A stretch of DNA of 64,000 nt from the human T2T-CHM13v2.0 reference genome, Homo sapiens. The number at the start of each line of letters is the position of its first letter. Position 1 is the first letter of the stretch. Below the pieces are notes generated by a model. The model saw only the letters and a program-made list of their open reading frames with translations, did no database searches and had not been told where the DNA came from. The stretch lies in the NCBI RefSeq assembly GCF_009914755.1, contig NC_060928.1. One strand, 5' to 3'. Of the stretch, positions 51,426 through 64,000 are shown one piece after another. The position numbers were made by a program, and so were the translations under genes.

Positions 51426-54400
51426 TAGGAGTTTTCAGTTTAATGTTAAGGTTACGCTATATTTATTCATATGTTTTAAATCAAAGAGTAAATATCCTTT
51501 AAGTGAGGTTATTATTACTTACAAGTTTACATATGACATATCAGCTCACTGTAAACAAAGTAATGTCTTGGAACAGTAATTGAGTGTGTGAAGCATGTAC
51601 GTGCATGTCCGCCTGCCTTCCACCTGGGGAATTATCAATATATCAACTCTCAATTTTTGCTCTTCCACAAGCTCTACTTGCAGTGCTTGAGCATGTCACA
51701 TAATAAACTACCTTGAATTAATTGAAGATACTTTCCATTAATCTTTAATAGGCTGTTATGATAATGTGGTAAATCATAATTTGGAGATCTGTCTCAGAAA
51801 AAATATTATTTGAATCTTTACTCACCTTACACACAAAAAAACAGTATATAGTTGCATACCAAACCCAATTTGTTTATCTGATAAAGCATTTCTTAAATAG
51901 TGGTTTGTAAACCAGATGAACTTCAGGGACATTCATAGTCATCAAACTGTTACATGCCCACTGAAAATGGAAAAGAATGGACTCTTGTATTACAGCTTAA
52001 GTAATGGATGCCTTCTTTTTGTTTCCTATTCTGTGTTCAGTGCTTTAATTGTTCTTGAAATGTTTTCCACTTGTCTATTTTAATTCTTGTGAGTACTAGA
52101 ATAGCTTTGGCCTTTTAAAACATTTGTTTATTTTTTTTCTGAGAATGGCTAACACACTTTATTGAGGTTCGAAATTAATAAAGAAAATAAAAGAAATGTA
52201 TCTTCATTCATTCTGTATGTTAGTGTTTTAATTACCCTTAGAATATATGGATAAAAAATACTATTCTTTGTCTTGGAGAAGGTAAGAGTCTAGTTAGATG
52301 AATAAGGGTTATCTATGTAGAACAACTAGAGAATGAGAAGAGAGCTTATGAGATTGAGTACTACGTTATGCAGTAGAGTAGCACGTCATCTGCTACTGAG
52401 TATGGTGTGATAACATTGTGTAACAGGAAAGTATGATCAATATCTACTTAAAATTAAGGACAATATTAGCACTACATTGCTTTATTTTAAAGTAAAAATT
52501 AGAGAACTAAACACAAGCATTGTAAGTACAATAAAAGCTGATCTTTCTAGTTAAGCAGAATAATACATGTTCAAGCATCTGCTAAATCATTAAATATAAG
52601 AATATAGGGGTTTTCTATAATCTTATTTTTCTTTGGAAGAGTACCTCATTTTCAAGAGGAGAAGTTTCTAATTGACCACTTCTTTAAAAATAAAACAGGG
52701 TTTTTAATGTATCCCAGCAAAAAAAATTAATATCTCTTCAAAAAGTTCTCTTGTGATTAAGTTTGAATTCCCTTTGTCATACTGCTTCTAATATTGTACA
52801 CTGACCTCCTTAGTTATTTTTCAGTGTTTATAATCTTTTCTTAGGTTATCTTTTTTCAAGATTTGGATTACTTTGTTCTTTTCTGTGTTTTTCAGCCTTT
52901 CTAAGCTTTTATTGATACTCCTGTAAGTGTTTGTGGCAAATGTCTGGGTTTAAGAAAAACCATGAAATAAATATTATAATAAAAGAGGTTATGCCTTTTC
53001 CAACAATGTTTTCTAATCATTTTATTCTGTTAGTTATTGTGAGATTCTGTAATCTGTTTCTGAAAGCCCATTTAGTTGATTGTTTGCCAGATAGTTTTTA
53101 TATTTTAGAATAGATTGCATGCACACTTTTCCTCATAGAGTCTTATATTTCTGAAGTATTTTGGTGCTTTCAAATAACCTTATAGTAATAAATGTAAATT
53201 ACATTGCTATGATTTTCCATATTTATTAATGATAATTAGTATTGTTGCGTTCATGGTAACTTGAAAATTGCCTTAGTTCTTCTATTTAGTTTTCAAACTG
53301 ATGGCAGTTTGCATGAACACAATTTTTCCTAATGTCTGTATTTCAGAAGAATGCATGAGTGTTTGTTTTATAACCAGATTTGTTTCTGTTTTTTCAGAAG
53401 TCATATTTTAATTCCTGCAATTTATTTAATGGAATTATCAATATCTTTTGCATGTAAGCCTATAGGTTTCATTAAATTCAAAAAGCAATTTTGAGATGTC
53501 ATGTGCTCTTTGGTTGCTCAAGGCTGTTTTATGTTTGTTGCTTTAAAAATCACATGGGATGCAGCTGATGCTTTACAAAGTACAACCAAGCTAATCATTT
53601 TAAAATAGCTTTGCTGTTTTCTTTCCTAGAGTAGGAGTTTAGGATCAAATACTTAACAGAAAAAGGAAAATAAGAGACCTTATAAGTAGGCATCTCACTG
53701 ATTCAGTTAGATACAGACATTCAAGCTGAAGTTATTAATACATGCAGCCTTTTTGAATAACACCTCTCAAAATTGATTATATAGTGGTCACTGATATTTA
53801 TAGTTAGTTTAAGGATGTTTCTCTTTCATACTTTAAATATTGTCCATGACCCGAGCAATAATTTTACCATGCTATAGAGCAAGATCACACCTCTTGCAAT
53901 GAAGGTAGAGGGTACTTTCCCCTACACCTCCAGAAAAAGGAAGTTACTTGGGAAATATTGTTTGGGTGATTTAATAGTTACCATTAATTAAGGTCATCGG
54001 TTGACTGGGCATAGGTTGATTCTGTTCAAAGTTAACAACCTAAAAAGATAACCATGAACTGTAATATATTTCCTTTGTGAGGATTTAGGGTAAGGAAGAT
54101 AATAAAGTATTTTAAAGTATTTACAGTATACTCTTAGAACCTTCATGATATGGCACACCTGCAGAGGGATTTTTTGCTTAATTATATGAACATTAACTTT
54201 TATCATTACAGCTTACATTTTATAATTCTATTTTAAATACATCTGGGAACTTTCAGTATTGTGGTACTTAATCTTCCATTGGGTGGTTGGAAATTCAGGT
54301 TCATAGCAAGCCACGTTAATCTGATGCTTGTCTCAGTTTAGTCAATTAACATTTGACTACCTGTTCCGTTGAGGATTCTGAGAAAGTTTTATAGTCCTTT

Positions 54401-54867
54401 ACCATTACTATTTAAAAAGTACAGTCTTTCTCCTTACAGAACTCGACTTTTTTTTTACATTTTTTATTGAGTTTTTATGGTAGAGATAAAGAAGTATTCA
54501 TTCAACAGACATGAGAACTAACTATATTCTGTAATTAGATAGTCCCTATTCTTAATCAACTTAGAAGTTTAGTGGGACAGACAGGAAAATCAACAAATTA
54601 GTTATGAACACAGTATAGTGGAAGCACAGGGAAGATGGAAATATCTGGATAGATTCCTAAAATTAATATGTCATTTTTGCCCATATGGGCCATCCTATTC
54701 TCTGTTTCAGTTTTATTAATATTTCATTTATTTTAGAGTATTTTGAGTCTTTTTCTTTTCTAGAATTTTTAAAGAGACTATAGGCATCATCTAGTCTGAC
54801 ATGATTATTTTCTAGGAGTTAGAACCAGAGCCTAGAGAGATTTAGTGACTTCAGACGAAGAAACTAA

Positions 54868-55046
54868 TTGCTTCTTATAAAGTGTGATATCCAGACCAGC
54901 AGAATCAGTATCACCTGGGAACTTGTTAGAAATACATACTCTCAGGTTCCACTCCAGACCTACTGAATTTGATGTGTTTCAGCAGTCTGTGTGTTTAACC
55001 AGCCTTCCAGATGATTCTGAAGCATGTTCAAGTTTAGGAACCACTG
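54868..55046. mobile_element. MER5A
   Basis: CCAGCAGAATCAGTATCACCTGGGAACTTGTTAGAAAT...AAGTTTAGGAACCACTG. Confidence 0.8.
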
Positions 55047-55495
55047 TTACAGCTCATTGATTCTTTGTGCCTCCATCACTAATCAAGGTCACTGTTCTAG
55101 AGAGCAGCTGTTATTGATGCATGTGTTTTACCTCAGGGGCCTTTCAGTAAAAATCAGTAAAGAGTACTGATAGAGTTAATTGGTGATAAAGCTGGAATAA
55201 GAGCCTCCAGTCTAGCATTCCTTCCGTCATTCAGTGTTACTTTTTACCTTTTTAAATCCCTGACAGCAACTTAGTCTACAGTACTGATTCTGAACCCCTA
55301 GCTTTAAAAAGGCTACAACCCTAATTTAAACATCAAAGTAAAGTAAATAAATGAACATATTCTTAGAAAAGCTTTTTAGGTTTTTCTTCAGCTTTCTAAA
55401 GAACTGATTCTGAATCTTCTCTGGATTGTGGACTCCTGTGGAAAACTGATGAAAGCTATAAACCTTTTCTTCGGGAAAAAAAGAAATTATGTACA

Positions 55496-55788
55496 CACTA
55501 GTCCCCCCTTATCCATGAGTGATACGTTCCAAGACAATCAGTGGATGGCTGAAACTGCAAATAGTGCCTTCATATGCTGTTTTTTTCCAATGAAGACATA
55601 TGATAAGGTTTAATTCATAAATTAGGCACAGTAAGTGATTAACAACAATAATAGTAAAGTAGGACAATTATAACAATGTAATAAAAATTATGTAAATGTG
55701 GCATCTCTGTCTCTCAGAATATCTTATTGTATTGTCCTACAGATAACTGAAATCGTGGAAGGCAAAATGCAGAAAGGGGGGACTACTG
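55496..55788 (-). mobile_element. MER44-like (Tigger family) non-autonomous element
   Basis: TIRs CACTAGTCCCCCCTT ... AAGGGGGGACTACTG followed by TA. Confidence 0.8.
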
Positions 55789-56967
55789 TACACCTATGAA
55801 CAGTATATTACATATAATCTCAGAGACTTCTGGTCTCTCTTGAAGCTAATGGACCCAGGTTAATAAGTGCCTTATTTTGATTTCTATGGGGGCTTTTATT
55901 TCCACTTAATTTTCAGATTCTTCCTTTCCATTTTCTGTGACAGTCATTTTTTGAGAGTTTAGAATGGACTATCCTGTATCCCCCACGTATACATAAGCTT
56001 ACACATGCGTGTATACACATATGTAACTGGGTGGGTGAGTATTTTGGGAAGACTCCTAGATTATTTGGAGGGCATGGGCCAGAGCTTCCTCTAGTAGTTC
56101 ACCACATACCTTTTTTCAGGTACACTGAGTATGTATTGAACAGAATACAGTAGAAATTTATGGACATTAAAGAGTCAGATTCTTTCAAATAAGCAAGTGA
56201 AGGGATTGAACATTCAGCAAAGAAGATTCTGATAACAAGACTTTGGAGACTTGGTGAAGTAGCAGACTTAATGAGATTACTGTGCTTTTACTCTTCTCTC
56301 CTCCACCTGCCTATTTTGCAGGGGAGTTGGGGGAGGCCGGCTTAAAAATGCAGAGACAAATATGGAAGCACTTTAGAGAGTAATATATGAATCTGAATAT
56401 TCTAGGCATTAGTCCCTGTTCTGGTTATTAGTATCTTATGCTTTTGATTTTTACCGTATAAGATGTTTATGCACTCATTATTAAATTCAGACTACTATGT
56501 CAGATAACAAAATGTTTGATAGATGTTTAAAGTATGGTGCAATTATGGAACTAAAATATTTCCTCCCAAATATTTATTTTCTATGTGCCACTATCTGTCT
56601 TCCTAAATATGTGAGAAAAGTTTTGAAATTAACCAAAAAATGCTTTCTGTGTGTATAAGATTTCAGGAAACTTTATAGAGAAAAGTAACTATAGAAATTA
56701 TTTTACTGTTTTGCATTAGTATTGCCAGTAAAATTAGATTACTTTTGATAAAAGCTTTAAGAGATAAATATACTGAAAATAATGTCCTCCAATGCAAGGA
56801 ACATTGTAGTTCATGAGATCTTTAGTTATTGGTATTTTTGTGGGATACAGATTAATTAGTAATAATCAGAAGTCCTATTTTATGTAAGAGAATTTAGATA
56901 GTGTTTTATAATCGCTTTTTGAAAAAACTGCATAGATTATAATGTCTTTTTTCCTCTTCTCTTCCAG

Positions 56968-57058
56968 GATCGAAGTAGAATGTATGACAGTTTGAATATG
57001 CACTCTTTGGAAAATTCCCTTATCGATATTATGAGAGCAGAGCATGATCCTCTTAAGG
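56968..57058 (+). CDS. CPEB2: CPEB2 coding exon 4 (DRSRMYDSLNMHSLENSLIDIMRAEHDPLK-G)
   Basis: Strong acceptor TTTTTTCCTCTTCTCTTCCAG, donor AGG|GTAGGT, 91 nt (ends phase 1); conserved CPEB2-4 HSLENSLIDIMR motif. Missed by the ORF track because it is short. Confidence 0.96.
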
Positions 57059-58711
57059 GTAGGTGACTTTTTAAAAAAATATATGTTTATATTATACACC
57101 AATTTGCTTATCTTACTAGTTTTTATATGAAAGTGAAACCTAAGTAGCACCTATATCCAATATAAAACTCTCTTACACATTTATTAATGAGAATCTTTGT
57201 TTTTATGAAATGCCATATTTTTCCTTTGTTGCTTAATGTGAACTCACCTCCCTTGACTTACAATTTAAGGAAAATTTACTATTTAGAGACATGCTTCAGT
57301 TCACCAGAGAATGAAGGATGGATCTAAAAGTATACACTAGTCACTTTTCTAGAATTCTTTCAAGTACAAAAATACTAAAAATATTTCTTGGAATACTTGT
57401 ATTCACAATTTGCAGTGATTCCAGCCTAGAATTATCCCTAGTTAACCTCCTTTCTCTATTTTTCTTCTACTGTCATAGGGTTTTGAAAGGGGGGGGAGTA
57501 TTTTATAGTAGCTTCTCTGAGGTGAAAAATAGCTTTTCATAGAAGTTGAGACAAATTAGGGAAAAGAACCGGCCCACTTACCCTATAGTAGCAGTCTTCA
57601 CTAATTGTTTGTAGTATTTGAAGAAATTTCATTAGCATACTTGTTTTTGTCTGTACATATTCTGTGTATAAAATGAAAAAAAGCAATTATTATATATTTT
57701 TATACAATATATCACATTGTCATTTATATCAGTGGTGAAAATCTACCAAATTGTCTATTTGAGTCATGACAGTTACTATTTATCTATTGCTACATAATAA
57801 ATTATCTCAAAACTTAGCAGCTTAAAAACAGCAATAAATATTTATTACCTTAAACAGTTTCTGTGAGTCAGAAATTCAGGAGCAGCTTAACTATTTTATT
57901 CTGGCTCAAAATCTCTCATTGAATCAAAATCATGGATTACTTTGTAAATTTTCGCCATTTTTAATTCTATAAAGCCAAGTTAGAATTCTCTTTCAAGATT
58001 TGGCCTAAAAACTATAAACTTCCTTATTGGCAGGGAGGTGGTGATGTGGGGCTAAGTTGATAATACTGACCACATATCTAACTATTTTTTTCTGTTTATG
58101 GATTTTTCTTGTAAAAAGAATTCCTTGTCTTTTTAATTCCTTAATTTTAAGGAGCTTGAGAAGCTGAGGGGATATTAGTGATTGTTGATTATGTGTGCTA
58201 ATAGTAATTCCTCATACAAACTTATAGTTGTATGTCAGGTTTTTGGGGATGTTTGTTTGAGTTTCTTTTTTTTTTTTCCTTTTAACCAAAGTTCAGCTTA
58301 GTTTTTTGAGTATCTTTGTATAGGGTCTTGGTCTTTTTCACTGTTATGCTGGCAGTTTCAGTGGTTTGTCTTAGATCCACCATTTAGAATAGAAGCCAGC
58401 AGCTTATGATTAAGAAGTTTCCTGTTTATCTCCTTGGCTTCTCAAGAAAGAAAACTCTTAGAAACTCCAATACAAGATAAAGTCAAGATTATTAACTGTT
58501 ACCAGTGGATAATAAAAGTTTTTCATTGTTGTTTCTCCCAGTCTTTTTTTTTTTTTCAAAAGGCTTTTTAAACATGTTAGACAAAATGTTCATTGTGGCA
58601 CTGTTAATTATCTCAGTTTTTCTTTTTGCTAGCCTGGGTTATAGTAAAAGTGAAGGGAAACGTAAAAAGAGGACATTGAAAAGGAAATGGAAGCATTATA
58701 AGGCTAAGGGG

Positions 58712-58715
<4 letters not shown>

Positions 58716-58755
<40 letters not shown>

Positions 58756-58785
58756 GCACACACACACGCATATATAGATATATAT
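58716..58785. repeat. (TA)n(CA)n microsatellite
   Basis: Long pure TA run followed by CA/CG units. Confidence 0.95.
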
Positions 58786-59599
58786 GTTTTTTAATCTCAA
58801 GTGAATTCAAAATTTTTAAGTTAGGAAAATTATCTTTGGCTGTGAGAAGGGAAAAAACATGCTCACTAACCACCTTTAGGAATCATTATGGTGACAAGTC
58901 TTCATATTTACACAAAACGTGGAATATTTTATCTTCCACATGTTTTATGACGGAATTTTTAAGTAGAGAAAAAAGAAAAAAATCGAGAAACTTTCTCTGC
59001 ATAAAATAAAAAAATAAGACTGATATTTCTACAAAGCACCATCATATCCCTATTTAAAATTATCTTGGTACTCAGTGCTGCCACTTTAAGTCTTTTTTTT
59101 TTCCTTTCTTTTCTTATTAATACAAATTCCACTGCCTTCTGGGATATTATGTTGTATATTTTCTTTCTCTCCGTACTCTGATTATTGTACTTTTTTCTTT
59201 GGGCTAGACCTCAGTAGAATCTTCTAAATCAAGGTGGTAGCAAATGGAATAAACCATCCAGGGTTTAACACCTGAATTTGCTTTCCTTCTTTCCATTACT
59301 GTTCTTGAGGGCAGTATTTCGCCCTCTGTCTCATCTCTTGCCTCTTACCTTCTCAACCCTTGTAGGAAATCCTGTCCTCTGTTTAATTAAAAAAAAATGA
59401 TTTTCCCCTAGAAAACAAAATGAATATTATTTTATCCTTTTTAAATGCTGTTTTACAAACCAGCCATTTGTTTTGTTTTTGTTATGGGATCTGATGAAAA
59501 AGGAGAAGGGAGTTGGAGGGTAAACTTTTAAAATGAATTATTTCTCTTTATATTAATGCTGAAAATATCTAGGAAAATGAACTTGAGTGAGGAGAGATA

Positions 59600-60087
59600 T
59601 TAGTTATCTCTCTATAATTATCCCAAAATTTAGCAGATCAAAAAAACAGTATACATTATCTCAAACAATTTCTGTGGGTTTAAATTTGGGAGCAGTTTAG
59701 CTGGTTACTTCTGGCTAAGGATATCTCATGAAGTAGCAGTCAACATACTGGCTGAGGCTGCAGTCATTTGAAGGCTTAACTGGAACTGGAGGATCTTTTT
59801 CTAAGATGGTACACTCACATGGCTGGATGTTGGCAGAAGAACTTGGTTTGTTGCCTCATGGACCTCTCTACAGGGCTGTAAAATTTTTCTTACAACATGG
59901 TTGCTTATATCCCCCAAAGTGAGTGATAAAAGCTCAAAACAAATGCCCCAATGTCTTCTATGTCCTAGCCTTAGAAGTCTCATACCATCATTTCCACAAC
60001 ATTCTGTTAACTGCATAGATCAGCTCTGCTCAATTTAGGCCAAGTCTGCTATTCAAGAGATGTGAATACTAGAGGCTGGCTACCACA
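59600..60087. mobile_element. MLT1 (MaLR) LTR; a related short fragment lies at ~57770-57920
   Basis: TTTCTGTGGG...TTTGGGAGCAGTTTAGCTGG, GCTGCAGTCATTTGAAGGCTT, ends GGCTGGCTACCACA. Confidence 0.75.
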
Positions 60088-63000
60088 GAGGTAAAAGGCA
60101 GAGTGGTAAATTTGTATTCAATTCGACCCACAGTTAAAGGAAAAGAAAAATTAGTCAAGGTGAGACTGTCAATTGGAAGAAAGCAGTCAAGCAGATAGAT
60201 CTCTAGAATGCTAAGTGGCAGGTTCCTGACCTAACTGAGGACTGGTGATTGTGCTAACAGAAGCACCTTCCCTCTTATCCTTGTTTATGCCCAAAACACT
60301 TCACTGCAGCTTATTTGCCTTTTCCTACTCCCCAGTGTTTTTTCAGGACAGTAGGGAACCTCCATTGTTTAATGTTAATATTTTCATGGTCTGGCATAGC
60401 AGGTAGGAAGGGTCTAGTCTTGTTGAAGTTGTACAGATGTGAAATGATGGCAACCCAAGATGGAATGCAGAATGTACTTTACTCAATTAAGTGTGTCTGT
60501 TTTTGCACAAGTTTCCTAGACACTGCACGTTGTCGGAGACAGACATAGTGTCTGCCCTCATTGTATAGCCTACTGGGGAAAGAGAGATTCCTTATACAAA
60601 TACAATATACGTATATCTACTGTGTGTTAGAAATACTGTGGAGGAAGATTATGAGGTGTTTAGAGAGATTATAAATGGAAGTACCTAATTTAGATGTGGA
60701 GTAAAGGAAGCTGAGACCTGAAGCATGAGCAGCACAATGATGGAAAAATTGGGAGAAAGTGTCAATTAGACAAAGGAACCAGCATGTGCAAAAGCATGGA
60801 AGAGATTGTTACATTTGAGGAACTGAAAGGAGGCTAGCCCTGGCATAGCTTGTTTAGGGCTGCCTGATGCCGACTGGGTGTAACAGGGCACAGTTAACAC
60901 TGTCGAGAGTGTGCTATCTTTTGCTATGGATCGTGAACAGTGACACACTGTTAAATGCTTTCTTTAGTATGAATGGCACTGACCCGTCTGCTTTATTTAT
61001 TGTGTGGTAGTTTCTCTCCATTAACATCCTATTTTCTGGTGACTATCTTGATTCTTGGCAAATAATTTGCTTTTCAAAGGAAGATCATGGATTCTTTAAA
61101 TGGTTAAAGTAAATCATGCTTTGCCAAGTACTGTTTTGTAGTTTTTCAGTTTTAGATTTGCATACCTATTTTAAATAATTTGTGATTTTTTAATATATGT
61201 GTATATATATTCCCCCTTTAACAAAAGAACAAGACAGTGATTATTGTTAAGCTCTTTTCCTTCCCTGCCCCCAACAATTTGTAAAAAGGCTTACTGTGTG
61301 AGTATTTTTGCCAGAAATTGCTTGTATCATTTCCCAAAGTATAGGGACAAACAGAATTACTTAATTGTAGCTCATAAAAGTTGATTTGAAAACTCTAGGA
61401 AGAAATGTAGTTTATGTAACGGTTTGGGGGAAGATCTGTGTCAGTAAGTCATAATGCCTTTACCAGTGTTTCATGAGCAGTTAAAGGGAATTAAGGAAAA
61501 AGAATTTAGAATATGATTTTACACCAAGAAATGTCTAGAAGTGGATGCCTTTAAAACTTATTTACTAAGTTTTTGTATATCTAGTGTCATTTTTATTACC
61601 TGATTGCTAAACTCCTATTTTTTAAGACTCCTGAAGTAAGAAGCTCTGTTTATTTTAGGGCATATAAGCTCTGAGAAAATAAGGAGTTATTCCTGTAAGG
61701 TGCTGACTGATTATGGTAGTACCAAATTGCTTATTTTCTTCCACTTTTCCCTCTCTTTCTCTTCAGCTGACCTTAATATAAGATTACAATACCAAGTCAC
61801 AAAATAACTTGTATAAATTTCTAAAAGTCTCCATTGTGAGAACTTATATTTAGAATTTAAGAACTGTCGAGCCAGACAGAGGTTCTCAGACACTGAGACT
61901 GTGTCAACCATGTGGTTTTCAGGGCCCACCCTAGAAGTGGTGTAGTTCGTGTGGGGTGTAGAACACACCTGGAGAAACTCTGGTATAAGAGAGCAATGGT
62001 AAAGAGATCTTTAAAAAGCTGTGAAAGTTTAATGGCATTTATTAAAATAAAGTACAAAATAAAACAAATACCAATAATATACATGCCAAAGCAGGAATGT
62101 CATCTGCTCTTACAGGACTCTTCCTTATTTCCCCTGACAGAGAAAAAGGGGTGCATTTCTCAAAACTGAGTTTACTTTTTCTTCAGCCACTGGTGTTTTC
62201 CTGAAGTTGAAAGTTTTAAAATTGCCAATAACAAAAAAGAGTATAGAAGAAAATCACATATATTAGATACATATCTATGTATCTAATATATATATGCATT
62301 CAGTTTTAAATGAAATGTTTCCATTTATTTCAAAAAGGAGTAAGTAGAATTGACATTCTTTTTCCTTTGTTGATTTTTCGTTTCTTCATTCTATAGACTC
62401 CTGGCCTTTGATAGGAAAAAAAATTATTAACTTTTGGAGTAAATTGTATTTATATAGCAGCCATATGTATTTTATTAAACATATTCTGACTTTAAGAGGT
62501 GATTACTCTTATAACGTACATGGAATCTTAATACTTGACCCTTCCACTACTAAGAATTGTTCATCTTAGTGAAAGTACAATTTATGAGTTTGACTGGTAA
62601 TTGAGAATATCTATAGATTGAAAAGGAAATGATAAAAATGTGGTTGTGAAAGTTTTTGTTTTAAAAAAACATTTGAAATATGACATCATGGATGGAGATA
62701 AGTTTTGCTTTTATTCCTTTTTACATAGTTGCCTTTATTACAAACTTATTAAAACATACTTGAGTTTTATTTCTTCCAAGCATCTTTGAATATTTAGGTA
62801 AATGATTTAAATTATGACAGACTGAAATTTTTTTGTTAAAAACTAAAACCCATCAGAAACTACAATGAATTTTATTAAAATCACATTTATTTATTCAGAA
62901 CATATATGTGCTTACTGCAATCCTGTTACTCACCACAAAACATCTTTCATATGATTTGAAAAATGTTTATATCACTTGTTTTAAATGGAAAGTAGAACAA

Positions 63001-63129
63001 CAAAAAGAATGTTTCCTATATATAACTTGCAGTGATAAAAGCAAGTAATTGGAATAATTAGGCTTATGCATTTTAACTACTTATAGTATTTGAAGATATA
63101 TCAAAGAATTTCTTCTGAAGGTTTTTTCT

Positions 63130-64000
63130 CCAAAATGATAGCATTTTATCCTTTTTAAAGTGTTTGTTTTCCTGTTACAAAAAAAATAGTATTCATTTAT
63201 TAAAGAAAATGTGGAAACACTAGGAGAAACAAGTTTTAAAATCATCACTTATCTCACAAACTAAAATAATCATAATTGATATTTTGGTGTATAATTTTTC
63301 CAGTCTTTTCATTCTCTATTTATAAACTTAAAATATTTGCAGTAATTAAATCTTTGCCTTCCATCCAACCTGGTTAACTTTTTTAAAAAATTAGTTTAAA
63401 AATATATTTACATAATTTTGAAAGTCTAGTAGTGCTATAAGTCTTATATAATGAAAAAATAGAAGTCTCCTTCCTCCTCCTTGTCTGTCCACTTCAGATT
63501 CCTGCTCCTTACTGGTAGCCACTATGAGCTTTTTTTTTTTGAACTGATTATGTAATTATTTGTAAATAATATGCTTGTGCTCCTATATTTCCTACATTTT
63601 AGGTGTTGTATGTTGATATTCTAATATGACTTAATATCCTTCAATATTTCCCCTACTCTGTCCTCCAAAATGATAAGAGCACTTTTGTTTAAGTCAGGGA
63701 TTGTATTACTGAGATAAGGCAAATAATATTCATAGATGAACCTTGTATGTTTTGTACTGTAATGTAACATTTTGTTTTTCATAAAGCTTTCTTTTTCCTG
63801 GAATTAATCATTATCTTTTTTAGTTTATTTGCTTAGTTTTCTAAGTATTTATCATTAATTCATCCCAGTATTTATCCATAGACTGTAAAGCTTCTTTCAA
63901 TACATACAAACGCATCAAATTATCATCCAGATTGTTTTTTTTCATTATTGCAGTCCTATATAGCAGTCATTTTGGGACTTCCATAATCCTAGGAATTCCT
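63130..64000 (-). mobile_element. Old L1M fragments
   Basis: T-rich L1 3'-type phrases (GATATTTTGGTGTATA..TTTCCAGTCTTTT); heavily degraded. Confidence 0.45.

Overview
Primate (almost certainly human) genomic DNA. Positions ~1-41,200 are repeat-dense non-coding sequence (Alu, L1, L2, MIR, MaLR/ERVL LTRs, a near full-length Tigger1). A CpG island at ~41,200-44,980 holds a probably bidirectional promoter and the first coding exon of CPEB2 (cytoplasmic polyadenylation element binding protein 2, + strand). Four CPEB2 coding exons are present (42454-44115, 47085-47366, the 90-nt cassette exon 48118-48207, 56968-57058); the RRM/ZZ exons lie beyond the window. The divergent lncRNA CPEB2-DT (CPEB2-AS1/DRAIR) is expected on the - strand, and candidate exons for it can be read from splice signals. 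I found no new protein-coding system; nearly all other ORFs in the track are repeat-derived or GC-composition artefacts. The best leads are: (i) the cassette exon starts with GTGAGA and so rebuilds a strong 5' splice site after joining to exon 2 (possible recursive splicing); (ii) a candidate poison exon inside a cluster of four RBFOX motifs in intron 3; (iii) a candidate in-frame 42-nt microexon in intron 2; (iv) two fossil templated-insertion events copied from nearby DNA, one of which preserves the empty pre-insertion site of an LTR. Repeat subfamily calls and repeat boundaries are by eye and approximate.
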